Shown: positions 8,682 to 17,899 of the stretch, piece by piece
How positions within the stretch are numbered: the first letter of the stretch is position 1
Layout of the letters: every line of letters begins with the position of its first letter
From: a virus
Taxonomy: Duplodnaviria; Caudoviricetes
Strand: one strand, 5' to 3'
Length of the DNA stretch: 64,000 nt
IMG/VR virus record: IMGVR_UViG_3300044898_000031
Coordinates: 1 to 64,000 of that record
Notes under the pieces: model-generated
What the model saw: the letters and a program-made list of their open reading frames with translations, nothing else
Told to the model about the DNA's origin: nothing
Database searches by the model: none
Made by a program: the position numbers and the translations under genes

Positions 8682-8822
8682 CTAATTTTCTATTTTATTA
8701 AATTTGCCTATCCATTCTTCTTTTAATTCAGCAAGCGTTGATATATCAAAATTTACATCCCTTTGAACAGCGTCCAAATACGATTCCAATAATTCAAAAT
8801 ACAATTGTTTAAACTTTTCCAT
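8682..8822 (-). CDS. Small hypothetical protein (46 aa)
   Basis: MEKFKQLYFELLESYLDAVQRD...; A-rich initiation region. Confidence 0.4.
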   Translation of the reverse strand: MEKFKQLYFELLESYLDAVQRDVNFDISTLAELKEEWIGKFNKIEN

Positions 8823-8837
8823 GTTATTTTTAAAGAT

Positions 8838-8865
8838 AAAAAAACGGGTTCATTTCTGATCCCGT
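8838..8865 (-). terminator. Intrinsic terminator
   Basis: ACGGG...CCCGT stem followed by T run on minus strand. Confidence 0.5.
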
Positions 8866-8923
8866 CGGTGATGTTTTCTTTTCCTCCTGCCCTCAAAGAT
8901 GTCAATTTCTATAATCTCTATCT

Positions 8924-9175
8924 CTATGCAGCCGGGGTTGCGTTTGGGAGTAACAAGCTGATACCAGTATGGTTTTCAGGGTCACTGGCTAAAGCGTTAT
9001 TGATCGCTGTTGCCTGTTCGGCTGTCAAGGCTTCCAGTTGATTAATGAAGCTTACGTTTGCCAGTTCTGCCTGTGCCTCAGTAAGTGCTTCCTGATCGGT
9101 TTGTAAGGCTGTTGCCTCCTGCTGTACCTGTGCAGTAAGTGTGTCTACTTTGTTTTGAAGTGCGGTGCTATCCAT
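8924..9175 (-). CDS. Acidic Ala/Gln-rich coiled-coil protein
   Basis: Heptad-like composition; TACATTTG at 9190-9197 upstream. Confidence 0.6.
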   Translation of the reverse strand: MDSTALQNKVDTLTAQVQQEATALQTDQEALTEAQAELANVSFINQLEALTAEQATAINNALASDPENHTGISLLLPNATPAA

Positions 9176-9276
9176 GATTTTTTTTATTTCAAATGTAATT
9201 AGTTTTTACTTTAAAGTTATATCAATGATTTTTTTTAAATTAAACCGATTTTTAAGCCCGTAAATCAATTATATAT

Positions 9277-9522
9277 TCAAAGTTGATACATACTACCACC
9301 GTATGGGTTAAAGTGGCACTCGTGGTCTGTAATGAAGCCATACGGTATATTCAGCTTCCATTCACTTATCCGTTTAAACTGGTTCATATTATCAGAGAAT
9401 ATAAATTGTTCATTTGAATCAATCAGTTCCTTTACAATTTCAGTAACATCCCCGGCAGAAGTAATTACTGAAAACCATTTACCCGTTGGTACTGACTTTA
9501 ATTTTTTTATTGTTTCTATCAT
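9277..9522 (-). CDS. Hypothetical protein
   Basis: Directly follows primase-helicase in the operon. Confidence 0.55.
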   Translation of the reverse strand: MIETIKKLKSVPTGKWFSVITSAGDVTEIVKELIDSNEQFIFSDNMNQFKRISEWKLNIPYGFITDHECHFNPYGGSMYQL

Positions 9523-9525
9523 GGT

Positions 9526-11334
9526 TTAAAATGCTAATTCATTATTTTGTGAATTAATTGGGTCAAAATTGTAGTTTGGTAATAATTGCGTTGAAAACTC
9601 TATTTCTGATTGTGGCTCATCCGGCATTAGCCAATTTGCATTATCGTAATTATCCAATGAATTAAAACGGCTATTGTTCACATTATACCTAACTTCTACC
9701 ATCCCCTGATTTCCCAAATGGTTATACTTCATTTTCTGAACATGTATCTCACTCAATTCAGTTTCGTAATTCCTGTAAAATGTTATGCCAATGTCTGGTT
9801 TATTGAACCAGTTGCTTGATCCTGATATATCGTAAAGGTTTGGTATTTCAAATTGCCCTGTCTTTAAATTTTTCCTGATTTTTGTAGGATGAGCAATGAC
9901 TATTGAAAATATGCCGTGGCGCTGGCTGAACCTGATTATTTTATCCAGTTGTTTTGAAATGTAATTTGTTTCAGTGTCGCCTTTATCCTGATTATGCTCT
10001 AATTTATTCCAAGGGTCAAGCAAAAATCCCCTAACACCGTACTTAACGACTAAACTTTTTGCTTTTGATAAAATATTATCCAGTGTCACGTCATCATCTT
10101 CCGGCTCTATAAAAAAGAAGTGATCGTTTATAAATTCTTTTGCTACTAACTTTTCTTTATCGGTGAATCTAACGAATTTACGTACCCTTTTACCTATTAA
10201 ACATTCACATATAGTAACTAAAAACACAGCTAATGGCTTATGTTCAGGTGTAAACATTGCCCACTTATACCCGTGATTGACCGACAATGCACACATAATC
10301 TGCAAAGCAAATGGTGACTTTCCGTGATTTGGTATCCCTGTTAATACCATGAGGTGACCCGGATAAAATGAAACTAAATTATCAAACTCTTTCATATACC
10401 CGGTAGTATCTCCACGTGGCAATCCGTTTTCCATATAATTTTCAACCTCATCCCAAACATATTTGGCAGTAACTATACCAGAAATCGGAAATTCAATCAA
10501 ATTAGGCTCTCTAATCAATTCTTTTAATTCAGACGACCCTTTTGCTACCAATACTTCATTTGCGTCTTTAAACGATCCGAAATCAACCTTAAAACACCTT
10601 TCATACCCCACCCTACGTGCGAGTTCTTCCCTAAGTGCTATTCCCGGCTCATCATTATCCGTTGCCAATATTATTTTTGTCTTGTTATTGAAATAGTCCA
10701 CACAGTTATCCAAGTACTCCAAGTTGCAATTCCCTTTTGATGCGCCATTTGGGACTGAAATAACTTCTTTGATACCTGCTTCTGAAAATGAAAGTTTATC
10801 AATCTCTCCCTCTACGATCACACACCAGTCGCTTTCTTTAATGTCATCTAATCCATAAAAAACAAGTTCAGCATCTTTAACCATTTTGAAATGCTTTTTG
10901 CCGTCCCTGTATTTTACGTTTACCAACTGCCCGTCTCTGAAATAATTAAACTGAATAGTGTTTTCTTCTTTTTTTGTTTGAGGCATGTAAACCTTTCCCT
11001 CTGATAATTTAGCGTCAGACAATACTTTTTGAGATATACCGCGCTTAAAAAACCATTGCACTACTGCATCTGATAATTCGGTATTATTGACGTAAACAGG
11101 ACGGATATACTCTTTCACTTTTGGGATATATTCTTTCAATTCAAACACCTTACCTCTGAACTCGCAACCGGGATTATGGCAGTTGTAAACTCCATCGTCT
11201 AAATCGATACTAAGGCAAGGATCGTTTTTGTGTTTTCGTGAAGCACTACACTTAGGGCAGATAACTTTATCTGATCCTGCATTTCTTCTTGTAATTATAC
11301 CAAGTTCGGCAAACATTTCTTTTATAGCTTTCAT
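9526..11334 (-). CDS. Primase-helicase (Zn finger + TOPRIM + DnaB-like; T7 gp4/Twinkle type)
   Basis: CPKC...CHNPGC; IVEGEIDKLS; ATDNDEPG; Walker A GIPNHGKS; LLDPWNKL; AHPTK. Confidence 0.93.
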   Translation of the reverse strand: MKAIKEMFAELGIITRRNAGSDKVICPKCSASRKHKNDPCLSIDLDDGVYNCHNPGCEFRGKVFELKEYIPKVKEYIRPVYVNNTELSDAVVQWFFKRGISQKVLSDAKLSEGKVYMPQTKKEENTIQFNYFRDGQLVNVKYRDGKKHFKMVKDAELVFYGLDDIKESDWCVIVEGEIDKLSFSEAGIKEVISVPNGASKGNCNLEYLDNCVDYFNNKTKIILATDNDEPGIALREELARRVGYERCFKVDFGSFKDANEVLVAKGSSELKELIREPNLIEFPISGIVTAKYVWDEVENYMENGLPRGDTTGYMKEFDNLVSFYPGHLMVLTGIPNHGKSPFALQIMCALSVNHGYKWAMFTPEHKPLAVFLVTICECLIGKRVRKFVRFTDKEKLVAKEFINDHFFFIEPEDDDVTLDNILSKAKSLVVKYGVRGFLLDPWNKLEHNQDKGDTETNYISKQLDKIIRFSQRHGIFSIVIAHPTKIRKNLKTGQFEIPNLYDISGSSNWFNKPDIGITFYRNYETELSEIHVQKMKYNHLGNQGMVEVRYNVNNSRFNSLDNYDNANWLMPDEPQSEIEFSTQLLPNYNFDPINSQNNELAF

Positions 11335-12029
11335 TAGTGTACAAGTGTGCGTTTAGGTTGTTCTTTAATTTTATTTTCATCTTTAAACCATACTGATTGC
11401 ATTTTCTGTTTCCAACTTATGACAGGATTTCCCTTACTATCTTTCCACCCTGCAACATCGTAATAATTAAATGCTCTTTCGCCAACTTTACCCTCATATC
11501 CATTGTCTATAAAATACTGCCTGACATCAGAAATTAACGGCACTAATAACTCTCTACTTTTCTTTACTTTACTCTCCTCTACTCTACTTTGTGGGTTTAC
11601 GAGTTCTGACTTTTCACATTGGTGTAGTTTAAGGATACCTAAATCAGTTAAAAGTTCCCTTAAACCAAGTAAAGTTATACAATTATTGGTTCTTTTGTTA
11701 TAAGCGTCCTGAATTGAATCAACCAATTGTTGGCACCAAATTATTTTATGTTCCCAAAGTTCTCGGTCAAAAGAACCCATTTTTGTAACATCAGAAATAA
11801 TAGATAAAAGGACTTCTTCTGACACATTGCATTTAGCCGCCAAGTACATTATTTCTTCTTCTTGGTTAAGGTTTAAAAAATGGTTATCAGTGGCACATAA
11901 TTTCTCTAAAATCTTATGCCATGTTGAATATCCATCATTGCCATACTTTTTCTCAATGAAGAACATTTTTTTGCCATCGCCAACCATGTGTGGATAATAG
12001 TCAACTGTGTTTCTTTGTGGTCTTGCCAT
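11334..12029 (-). CDS. Replication initiator-like protein (DUF4373/Lin1244-type N-terminus)
   Basis: MARPQRNTVDYYPH...KYGNDGY; C-terminal YYDVAGWKDSKG..SWKQ. Confidence 0.7.
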   Translation of the reverse strand: MARPQRNTVDYYPHMVGDGKKMFFIEKKYGNDGYSTWHKILEKLCATDNHFLNLNQEEEIMYLAAKCNVSEEVLLSIISDVTKMGSFDRELWEHKIIWCQQLVDSIQDAYNKRTNNCITLLGLRELLTDLGILKLHQCEKSELVNPQSRVEESKVKKSRELLVPLISDVRQYFIDNGYEGKVGERAFNYYDVAGWKDSKGNPVISWKQKMQSVWFKDENKIKEQPKRTLVH

Positions 12030-12547
12030 TATATGCCACGATTAAAATGTTCAAACTCAAACCTTGCTTCGTTAGCTGAAATAATAGCCTCTGTAGTATC
12101 CTCGAAGTACTCCTTAAACCATTCTATTTCTTTACTTGATTTACCTATACTTTGGTAGTATAATGGGTAGTATTTTGTATTTTTAGCAACAGGAACCACA
12201 TCCATGCAGTCGCCACCATTTCTTATTGTAGATATATGGCCATAATCAGGAGTGCCTATAAATAGTAGAATTGGCACATCTTCGAATAATTCAGAAAGTT
12301 CAATACATTTTTTTCTTTCTTTGGGTAGTAGTATATCTGGCTTTACCTCTCCAAATGTCTTTAGTTTTGGAAAATAAAAATCAGGTAAATATTTGCCGGA
12401 TGGTAGGTTATATCCTTCATATTCATACTCCCAATCCCATCTTAAACAATCTAATAATACAGCCCACCTTGCTTCAAGTCGGCTTCTAAATAATCTTCCG
12501 GCATATCTTGTTTCTATAGCCTTAATCTTAGGATTAAATTCAGACAT
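12029..12547 (-). CDS. PD-(D/E)xK-type nuclease-like phage protein
   Basis: IKAIETRYAGRLFRSRLEARWA...YLPDFY...EVK. Confidence 0.7.
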   Translation of the reverse strand: MSEFNPKIKAIETRYAGRLFRSRLEARWAVLLDCLRWDWEYEYEGYNLPSGKYLPDFYFPKLKTFGEVKPDILLPKERKKCIELSELFEDVPILLFIGTPDYGHISTIRNGGDCMDVVPVAKNTKYYPLYYQSIGKSSKEIEWFKEYFEDTTEAIISANEARFEFEHFNRGI

Positions 12548-12602
12548 AATTTAATTAATTTAGGTAAGTTTTGATTTTTTAAACAGATAACAGCCAACAA
12601 AT

Positions 12603-12794
12603 TCACGCTACCTTTGCGATAGGGAATATGACATGCTTAAGCAGTTCTTTTAGCTGATCTTCTTTTTCAAGGGAAAGTGAGCGTTCACCGCGCATAACCA
12701 TAGAGAAGTATTGGGGATGAATTTCGAGTTGTTTTGCCAGATGTTTATACTTGAATCCGCTGGCTTTTACTTTTTCTTTTGTGATATTGTTCAT
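12603..12794 (-). CDS. XRE-like HTH regulator
   Basis: YKHLAKQLEIHPQYFSMVMRG. Confidence 0.7.
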   Translation of the reverse strand: MNNITKEKVKASGFKYKHLAKQLEIHPQYFSMVMRGERSLSLEKEDQLKELLKHVIFPIAKVA

Positions 12795-12798
12795 ACTG

Positions 12799-12829
12799 TA
12801 AACATACGTGTATTGATTTATTAAAGCAA
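12799..12829 (-). promoter_or_regulatory. Promoter giving probable leaderless HTH transcript
   Basis: TTG-N20-TATGTTTA, 4 nt before ATG. Confidence 0.55.
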
Positions 12830-12896
12830 GTATAAATACCTGTTTTTGCCTTTTTTAAAACAAATACTTACTAACATTGTATGTGGAGAAAAATAG

Positions 12897-12937
12897 GAAA
12901 AAAATAAAGCCGCACAGATTACCACGTCTGTACGGCT
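12897..12937 (-). terminator. Intrinsic terminator
   Basis: AGCCGTACAGA...TCTGTGCGGCT plus T-rich tail. Confidence 0.65.
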
Positions 12938-12992
12938 AAAACCAAAAATTACTTTGAAAAGTTACCGTTGGTAACGGTAGTAAAAATTTTTA

Positions 12993-13418
12993 TTAAAATA
13001 TTTCTTTTTGCTGTCCTGGATCGTTGATTACTACCCCTAAAAATTCTGCTGCCCATTGTTGTATTTCTGCAATAAAATCGTTAAATTCAACTGTTGACAA
13101 TGAAGCGGTTGACTGAATGATCGTGATAAACTGCCCTTCCTCATTGGCCACATCTTTTTTAAGGAATTTCGCCTTTAGCATCTCATGTATCGTTTCATGG
13201 TCGAGCATATGCCTTTCAAAGCCCATATTGATTAACCCGTCCTTAACTTCATTCAATACTATACCGTGATAAAATGCATTTTGGTTGAGGCTACGCTGCT
13301 TTTTTGCTTTAGCAATAGTAACTATCCATCGACCATCATTAAGAGATTGTAGCGCCTCATACAATGGCCTATTGCCTTTTAAGACACCCTCTTGTTTGTG
13401 TAGGTTAAACTGTTTCAT
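12993..13418 (-). CDS. NinB/YbcN-like recombination accessory protein
   Basis: KQRSLNQNAFYHG...STASLSTVEFNDFIAEIQQWA. Confidence 0.7.
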   Translation of the reverse strand: MKQFNLHKQEGVLKGNRPLYEALQSLNDGRWIVTIAKAKKQRSLNQNAFYHGIVLNEVKDGLINMGFERHMLDHETIHEMLKAKFLKKDVANEEGQFITIIQSTASLSTVEFNDFIAEIQQWAAEFLGVVINDPGQQKEIF

Positions 13419-13785
13419 CTGTTTCGTAACCTATTCTATCCCTGAAACCATACCATTCAGACCGCCTCATAACTGCTTTTCCAAACGTATCAAGGCAGTC
13501 GTTTAGGTAATTAGCTAAAATAAAATCAGGTGTATTACTACCATTTTCTTTAGAGTATCTGTTTATCAACGCTTCAAGTTCTTTTATGAAAGTATTGCCA
13601 TCCCGTTCTTCTATCTGCGGGTATGGATTATAGGGTTCGTTGATAGCTGTGCTTAACTCACCGATTGGCTTTATATGTTCATGGCTTTTCGCGCTAAGTT
13701 GTGTTTTTTCATCAACAGCCCCGGCCAAGAAAACATAATCTGTAGCTGTGTTATGTAAAATAGTTTTTCCTTTTATAATTTTCAT
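13405..13785 (-). CDS. Hypothetical phage protein
   Basis: LINRYSKENGSNTPDFILANYL motif, common in phages. Confidence 0.65.
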   Translation of the reverse strand: MKIIKGKTILHNTATDYVFLAGAVDEKTQLSAKSHEHIKPIGELSTAINEPYNPYPQIEERDGNTFIKELEALINRYSKENGSNTPDFILANYLNDCLDTFGKAVMRRSEWYGFRDRIGYETDETV

Positions 13786-13814
13786 AATTTTATGTGTTAA
13801 AATATATTTAATTA

Positions 13815-14015
13815 CTATTTAACTGGCTTAAATAAGCCATATCCATCACTTTTTAATAAGTCAAATCTTTTTAAGATTATTTTATTGGTATTGTTGTAAA
13901 ACGCCAATAATGAATTTGGTCTGTCTTTACTTGGCTTAAAAATATCGGTAGAAGTGTCTATATCATCCAATAATTGCCAAAGATTTTCAGCTATTTTTTT
14001 GTAATCTTTTTCCAT
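13815..14015 (-). CDS. Hypothetical protein
   Basis: ORF in operon. Confidence 0.55.
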   Translation of the reverse strand: MEKDYKKIAENLWQLLDDIDTSTDIFKPSKDRPNSLLAFYNNTNKIILKRFDLLKSDGYGLFKPVK

Positions 14016-14032
14016 TTTTTTTTACTAAGTAG

Positions 14033-14221
14033 TTAAATAATTGCTTTTAATTTTTGTTTTGGCAACTCAATATGGTCATAATGTACGTACTGTTGTTCAT
14101 TCCCTTTATGAATATCAGTTGGAATAATCCAAACCTTTAAGATACCTTCATCGAAATCAACAGAAACTAAAATACAAGGAATTATATATTTAGTTCTTGG
14201 GTCAGTATATTATAACTCCAT
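14033..14221 (-). pseudogene. ORF with in-frame TAA at codon 4
   Basis: ATG GAG TTA TAA TAT ACT GAC CCA..., then an open frame to TAA at 14033; fills the gap between genes. Confidence 0.4.
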
Positions 14222-14243
14222 ATTAAACTTAAAACATAATTTT

Positions 14244-14459
14244 TTAAACCTTTCTTCTGTCATAAAAAGCTTTTAGTGAATAATATACTTTAACCTTACC
14301 TGTAGCTATTAAATGGTTAATACGATCGGTAAATAAGTCAACTTTTACTGGTAATTTTGATTTATATTTAGTACATTTAACTACTGTTTTCATCGTAGCG
14401 CCATGAAATGCATCACGTTCTTTACGGCTGTTAAACGCAGGTTCTTTATCATCAAGCAT
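14244..14459 (-). CDS. Hypothetical protein
   Basis: ORF in operon. Confidence 0.5.
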   Translation of the reverse strand: MLDDKEPAFNSRKERDAFHGATMKTVVKCTKYKSKLPVKVDLFTDRINHLIATGKVKVYYSLKAFYDRRKV

Positions 14460-14494
14460 AAGCCTTTAAGTGGTGAATATCCTTTTGGCTCGCC

Positions 14495-14878
14495 TCATAT
14501 CCTATCTCCTTCCAACATTCTTTTTTGCCTATCCCGAAATTCAGAAGTTATAGACAAGCGCATTTCGTATGGGCCACATCTAAAATAAAAATCATTAGCA
14601 GGATATCCACGTTCCATTGCATTTAACATTGTATGCTCGCATTTATACCCTTTTTGGGTCAATATAGACTCATAATAGAGTTTGGCGTCTATGGTCATGT
14701 AAAATGTCACAAATGAGCCTTCAACATGAAAATTCATAAAGTTTGACCCCGGACGCATATGATCCATACCTACAATAAAATCAAAAAATGATGCCATTGG
14801 GTCAGGTATTTTTATTTGTCCCTCCCTTAAAGGTAAATTGGCATTTCTGCCTATTGGTATTTTTATTTCTTTGCTCAT
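14495..14878 (-). CDS. Hypothetical protein
   Basis: ATGA coupling. Confidence 0.6.
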   Translation of the reverse strand: MSKEIKIPIGRNANLPLREGQIKIPDPMASFFDFIVGMDHMRPGSNFMNFHVEGSFVTFYMTIDAKLYYESILTQKGYKCEHTMLNAMERGYPANDFYFRCGPYEMRLSITSEFRDRQKRMLEGDRI

Positions 14879-15063
14879 AAAATTTGTTTTTTATTACCGA
14901 TATTATAACTTACTTTATCCTTCTCTGCCTGTAGCCTGAATAACGCACAATAGCAGTTTTTATCGCTACCACAACTTTCCCATTTTATAGGGTGGTTATC
15001 ACATAATGCACACTTGATATATAACCTGTCGTATTCAGCTTTTGTTATAGTAGTCCTTTTCAT
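14875..15063 (-). CDS. Small Cys-rich hypothetical protein
   Basis: CALC...C....C.C; coupled on both sides. Confidence 0.55.
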   Translation of the reverse strand: MKRTTITKAEYDRLYIKCALCDNHPIKWESCGSDKNCYCALFRLQAEKDKVSYNIGNKKQIL

Positions 15064-15551
15064 TTTCTTACCACATTATCAGGAAACTTAGTTATCCTAT
15101 TGCCATTAAAAAACCAATGTGGATTTATCCAGTAATAATCCATAACATGTATCTTTGCTATAATACCGGTTTGCATTAACTCTACTATAGCTGACTTATA
15201 TGTGTTTATTGAGCCTACCTCATTTTCTTCCATATACCTAACCTTATTGATCCATATATAATCCTTGCCTGACTTTAACTCATACCCTATCCACAAAAAT
15301 AAATCTTTCGACCTCGGCTTTAATTTTGCCATTATAGTACGCCTTTGTTTATCTGAAAATACCTTACAGTAAGGCGTGGCCTCATAATCAAAGTTTGCTA
15401 ACTCATAGATAGAATCCTCTCCTGAGGACTTATCATGTACCCTATATTTATTATCAGACCGTACCGAATTTACAGGTATTTTTAAACTCGATACAAATGG
15501 ATTTATACCTAATTCAGCCTCATCTAATTCTTGCTTTTCATACTTACTCAT
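15060..15551 (-). CDS. RepL-like (plasmid replication wHTH-type) protein
   Basis: YKSAIVELMQTGIIAK...YWINPHWFFNGNR. Confidence 0.55.
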   Translation of the reverse strand: MSKYEKQELDEAELGINPFVSSLKIPVNSVRSDNKYRVHDKSSGEDSIYELANFDYEATPYCKVFSDKQRRTIMAKLKPRSKDLFLWIGYELKSGKDYIWINKVRYMEENEVGSINTYKSAIVELMQTGIIAKIHVMDYYWINPHWFFNGNRITKFPDNVVRK

Positions 15552-16257
15552 ATAGAATACAAATATAAATAAATTGACATAACATCAAAATATTAATTAC
15601 AAATAATTGCCTTTTTATCAAAAATAAATACCATGTCAATTTTTTGGTTCCAAAATCAGTTTACTGACACCCTGTTTTTATGCCTTTTTAATACCTACAA
15701 GCCACTTTTTACTACCATAATTATCCAATACTCGATTAGTCATATAATAAGTATTAAGTTAAATCGAGTACCTCTGCTAAAATAACATCAATTAACTTAA
15801 CATTACACCTATTTAAAATAACTTATGTTGCTGTTAACAATAAGTAAGTAGCAATATAAATAATACCTCATATTGGTACCTATGGGGGGTTATCTCCTCA
15901 AACACTACCCCATGATCCGTGTTTTTAAAACGGGATTTTGGTAACCGGGTGGCATCGTTTTGTAAAAGGTACTACACTATCAGCTATAGGAGCGTAGCAT
16001 ACAGCATGGGATCAGTCAAACCTTTTTGCTATAGCTCATTGTAATGGTGTTATCACAAGTGACATTGTTTACTGTCATAGCATACATACATTTTAAAAAC
16101 TAATAACATTATTTGTATTATTGTATTGTAAAAACAGTAGGGTAGGGGAGAGGTGTTTTAGTTAATTATATTTCTACTTAACATAATTAACATTATGAGT
16201 ACATTTTACCTCTTTCTGTTTAACCCTTTTTTTAAGCATTTTAAGACACTTTAGTTT
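15552..16257. other. ~700-bp non-coding region at divergent strand switch (candidate origin or packaging terminus)
   Basis: No ORF; 9-bp inverted repeats 15729-15737/15762-15770 and 15754-15762/15792-15800; G-run tracts. Confidence 0.5.
15560..15589 (-). promoter_or_regulatory. Leftward promoter
   Basis: TTTG-N18-TATATTTG, 8 nt before ATG. Confidence 0.7.
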
Positions 16258-16671
16258 ATGTTGGAACAATCTCCTTCCCTATTTTATAAAGACTTTCCCA
16301 AGGCTGTAAAAGCAAAATTAAGGGGGTTAAACCACGTCTTAACAGATGACGTTATATTATCACTTTGCCGATGGTATCAGTTCAACGACACATTAAAAAA
16401 CAAATACAGGTTGCATCAGGTGAATGTATCAACGTTAATGTTAATCATTTATAACTGGAATTATAAGCAGCAGGGGACGAGTGTGTATTGCATTCAAAAG
16501 AATGTAGATAAATGGCAAACGATTAAAAATACGGTGTCTATAAGGGATAGGTTGTATATTCTAATGGAAAGGGGTTTAGTTGAACAATCGGTAAAAAACG
16601 GAGCACTGAAGGTTTACACTCCAACATTAAAAGCCTTGCAGGAAATTACTACACTATCTCAAACGGTGTAA
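16258..16671 (+). CDS. Winged-helix-like DNA-binding protein
   Basis: SIRDRLYILMERGLVEQS...VYTPTLKA. Confidence 0.5.
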   Translation: MLEQSPSLFYKDFPKAVKAKLRGLNHVLTDDVILSLCRWYQFNDTLKNKYRLHQVNVSTLMLIIYNWNYKQQGTSVYCIQKNVDKWQTIKNTVSIRDRLYILMERGLVEQSVKNGALKVYTPTLKALQEITTLSQTV

Positions 16672-16863
16672 AATAAATCCATCATTATAACTATACTTAA
16701 CCCCACTAAAACAGGTCAAAAACCCTCATACGATAGCAACAGGAAATAAAGAGAGTGAACAGTATATAATTACGTATTGTACGTATGAGCGGTATTTGTG
16801 TTTGGTTTTGATCTTATTCTATTTGTAGCACTGTAGAAATTTGGTATATAAATTACGCAAAGT

Positions 16864-17400
16864 GTGTATATTATTCTACAATGTAATTCCCCATTGAATA
16901 ATAAAAGTGCTTGTGTAGGTTGTATACCTATTTGGCACAGTATTTGTATATGTATTTACAACACTGCGGTGTTGCAGTGGGTAAAAAAGCTTAGCAGTAT
17001 GTTAAACATTAATCCCTTTGCTGAAATATTCAGCACAACTAAAATTAAATCATTAGGCATATCGCTTGATACTTTTTACATGGGTGATAAATTAGCCTAT
17101 AAAATGCATGTTAATGGTGTTTTGTTATTTGAAGGCACTGATTTTAAACCCTCCCCTTTGTATAATTGGGATGATTTGGAGGCAAATATTGATTTATTGG
17201 GATTCCTATCATGTGGAATACATGATACCGATAGTGAATACTTCGCTAGTTATAACCATGCTCAATTAGACTGGGCTAATGATGTAAGCGGCGGTATAAC
17301 CATACGGGAACGATTGAGCGGCTTGGTATCGGATGCCAGCGACAAAAGAAGCGAGTACTATAAAGACGCTATTAAGCAATTCAAACATAAAACGCATTAA
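16864..17400 (+). CDS. Hypothetical early protein (true start probably downstream, ~16999)
   Basis: ORF; LFEGTDFKPSP motif. Confidence 0.55.
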   Translation: MYIILQCNSPLNNKSACVGCIPIWHSICICIYNTAVLQWVKKLSSMLNINPFAEIFSTTKIKSLGISLDTFYMGDKLAYKMHVNGVLLFEGTDFKPSPLYNWDDLEANIDLLGFLSCGIHDTDSEYFASYNHAQLDWANDVSGGITIRERLSGLVSDASDKRSEYYKDAIKQFKHKTH

Positions 17401-17407
17401 CCGTTGT

Positions 17408-17470
17408 TCCGCTAAGCTCAGCGGATGATCTGCCAGCCTGCTATCCTTATAGGAAGCGGGCAATTGGCAG
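17408..17470 (+). ncRNA. Two-hairpin intergenic element, copy A
   Basis: TCCGCT/AGCGGA, then CTGCCA-GCCTGCT...AGCGGGC-TGGCAG. Confidence 0.45.
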
Positions 17471-17503
17471 TAGGGGATGTTCCCAAATTTAAAACTTAGC
17501 AAA

Positions 17504-17806
17504 ATGCCACTTACAACAGCTTTAAACTACCAACGAATAATGGCTCTTAAGCCCACTGTTTATTGCACCATTACCAATTCATTGGGCCAATCATTTGATT
17601 TGATAGAGCATCCAACAAAAGGCGATGAATATACAGTAATCATAATGTATCACGATGAAAAATTAGCTATTGATAGCGAGTTTTGGGACACTGAAGATAT
17701 GGAACACACTGAGGATTATATGCCATACTATATCTATGGTGAAATTCATTTAGGGTACGAATTAGATAATATAGATAAGACACCATTTGATAAATTACCT
17801 ATATGA
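17504..17806 (+). CDS. Hypothetical early protein
   Basis: ORF; start revised to the A-rich ATG. Confidence 0.6.
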   Translation: MPLTTALNYQRIMALKPTVYCTITNSLGQSFDLIEHPTKGDEYTVIIMYHDEKLAIDSEFWDTEDMEHTEDYMPYYIYGEIHLGYELDNIDKTPFDKLPI

Positions 17807-17825
17807 AATAACGAACTATAAAGTT

Positions 17826-17884
17826 CTGCTAAGTCTTTAGCAGTCTGCCAGCGCGACACTCTAAGGGGTTCGCGATTAAGGCGG
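17826..17884 (+). ncRNA. Two-hairpin intergenic element, copy B
   Basis: CTGCTAA/TTAGCAG, then CTGCC...GGCGG. Confidence 0.45.
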
Positions 17885-17899
17885 TAAAAGATAAATAAA

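Noticed and set aside
17408-17470. tRNA gene
   Set aside because: No T-loop GTTCRA or cloverleaf; no tRNA recognised anywhere in the window
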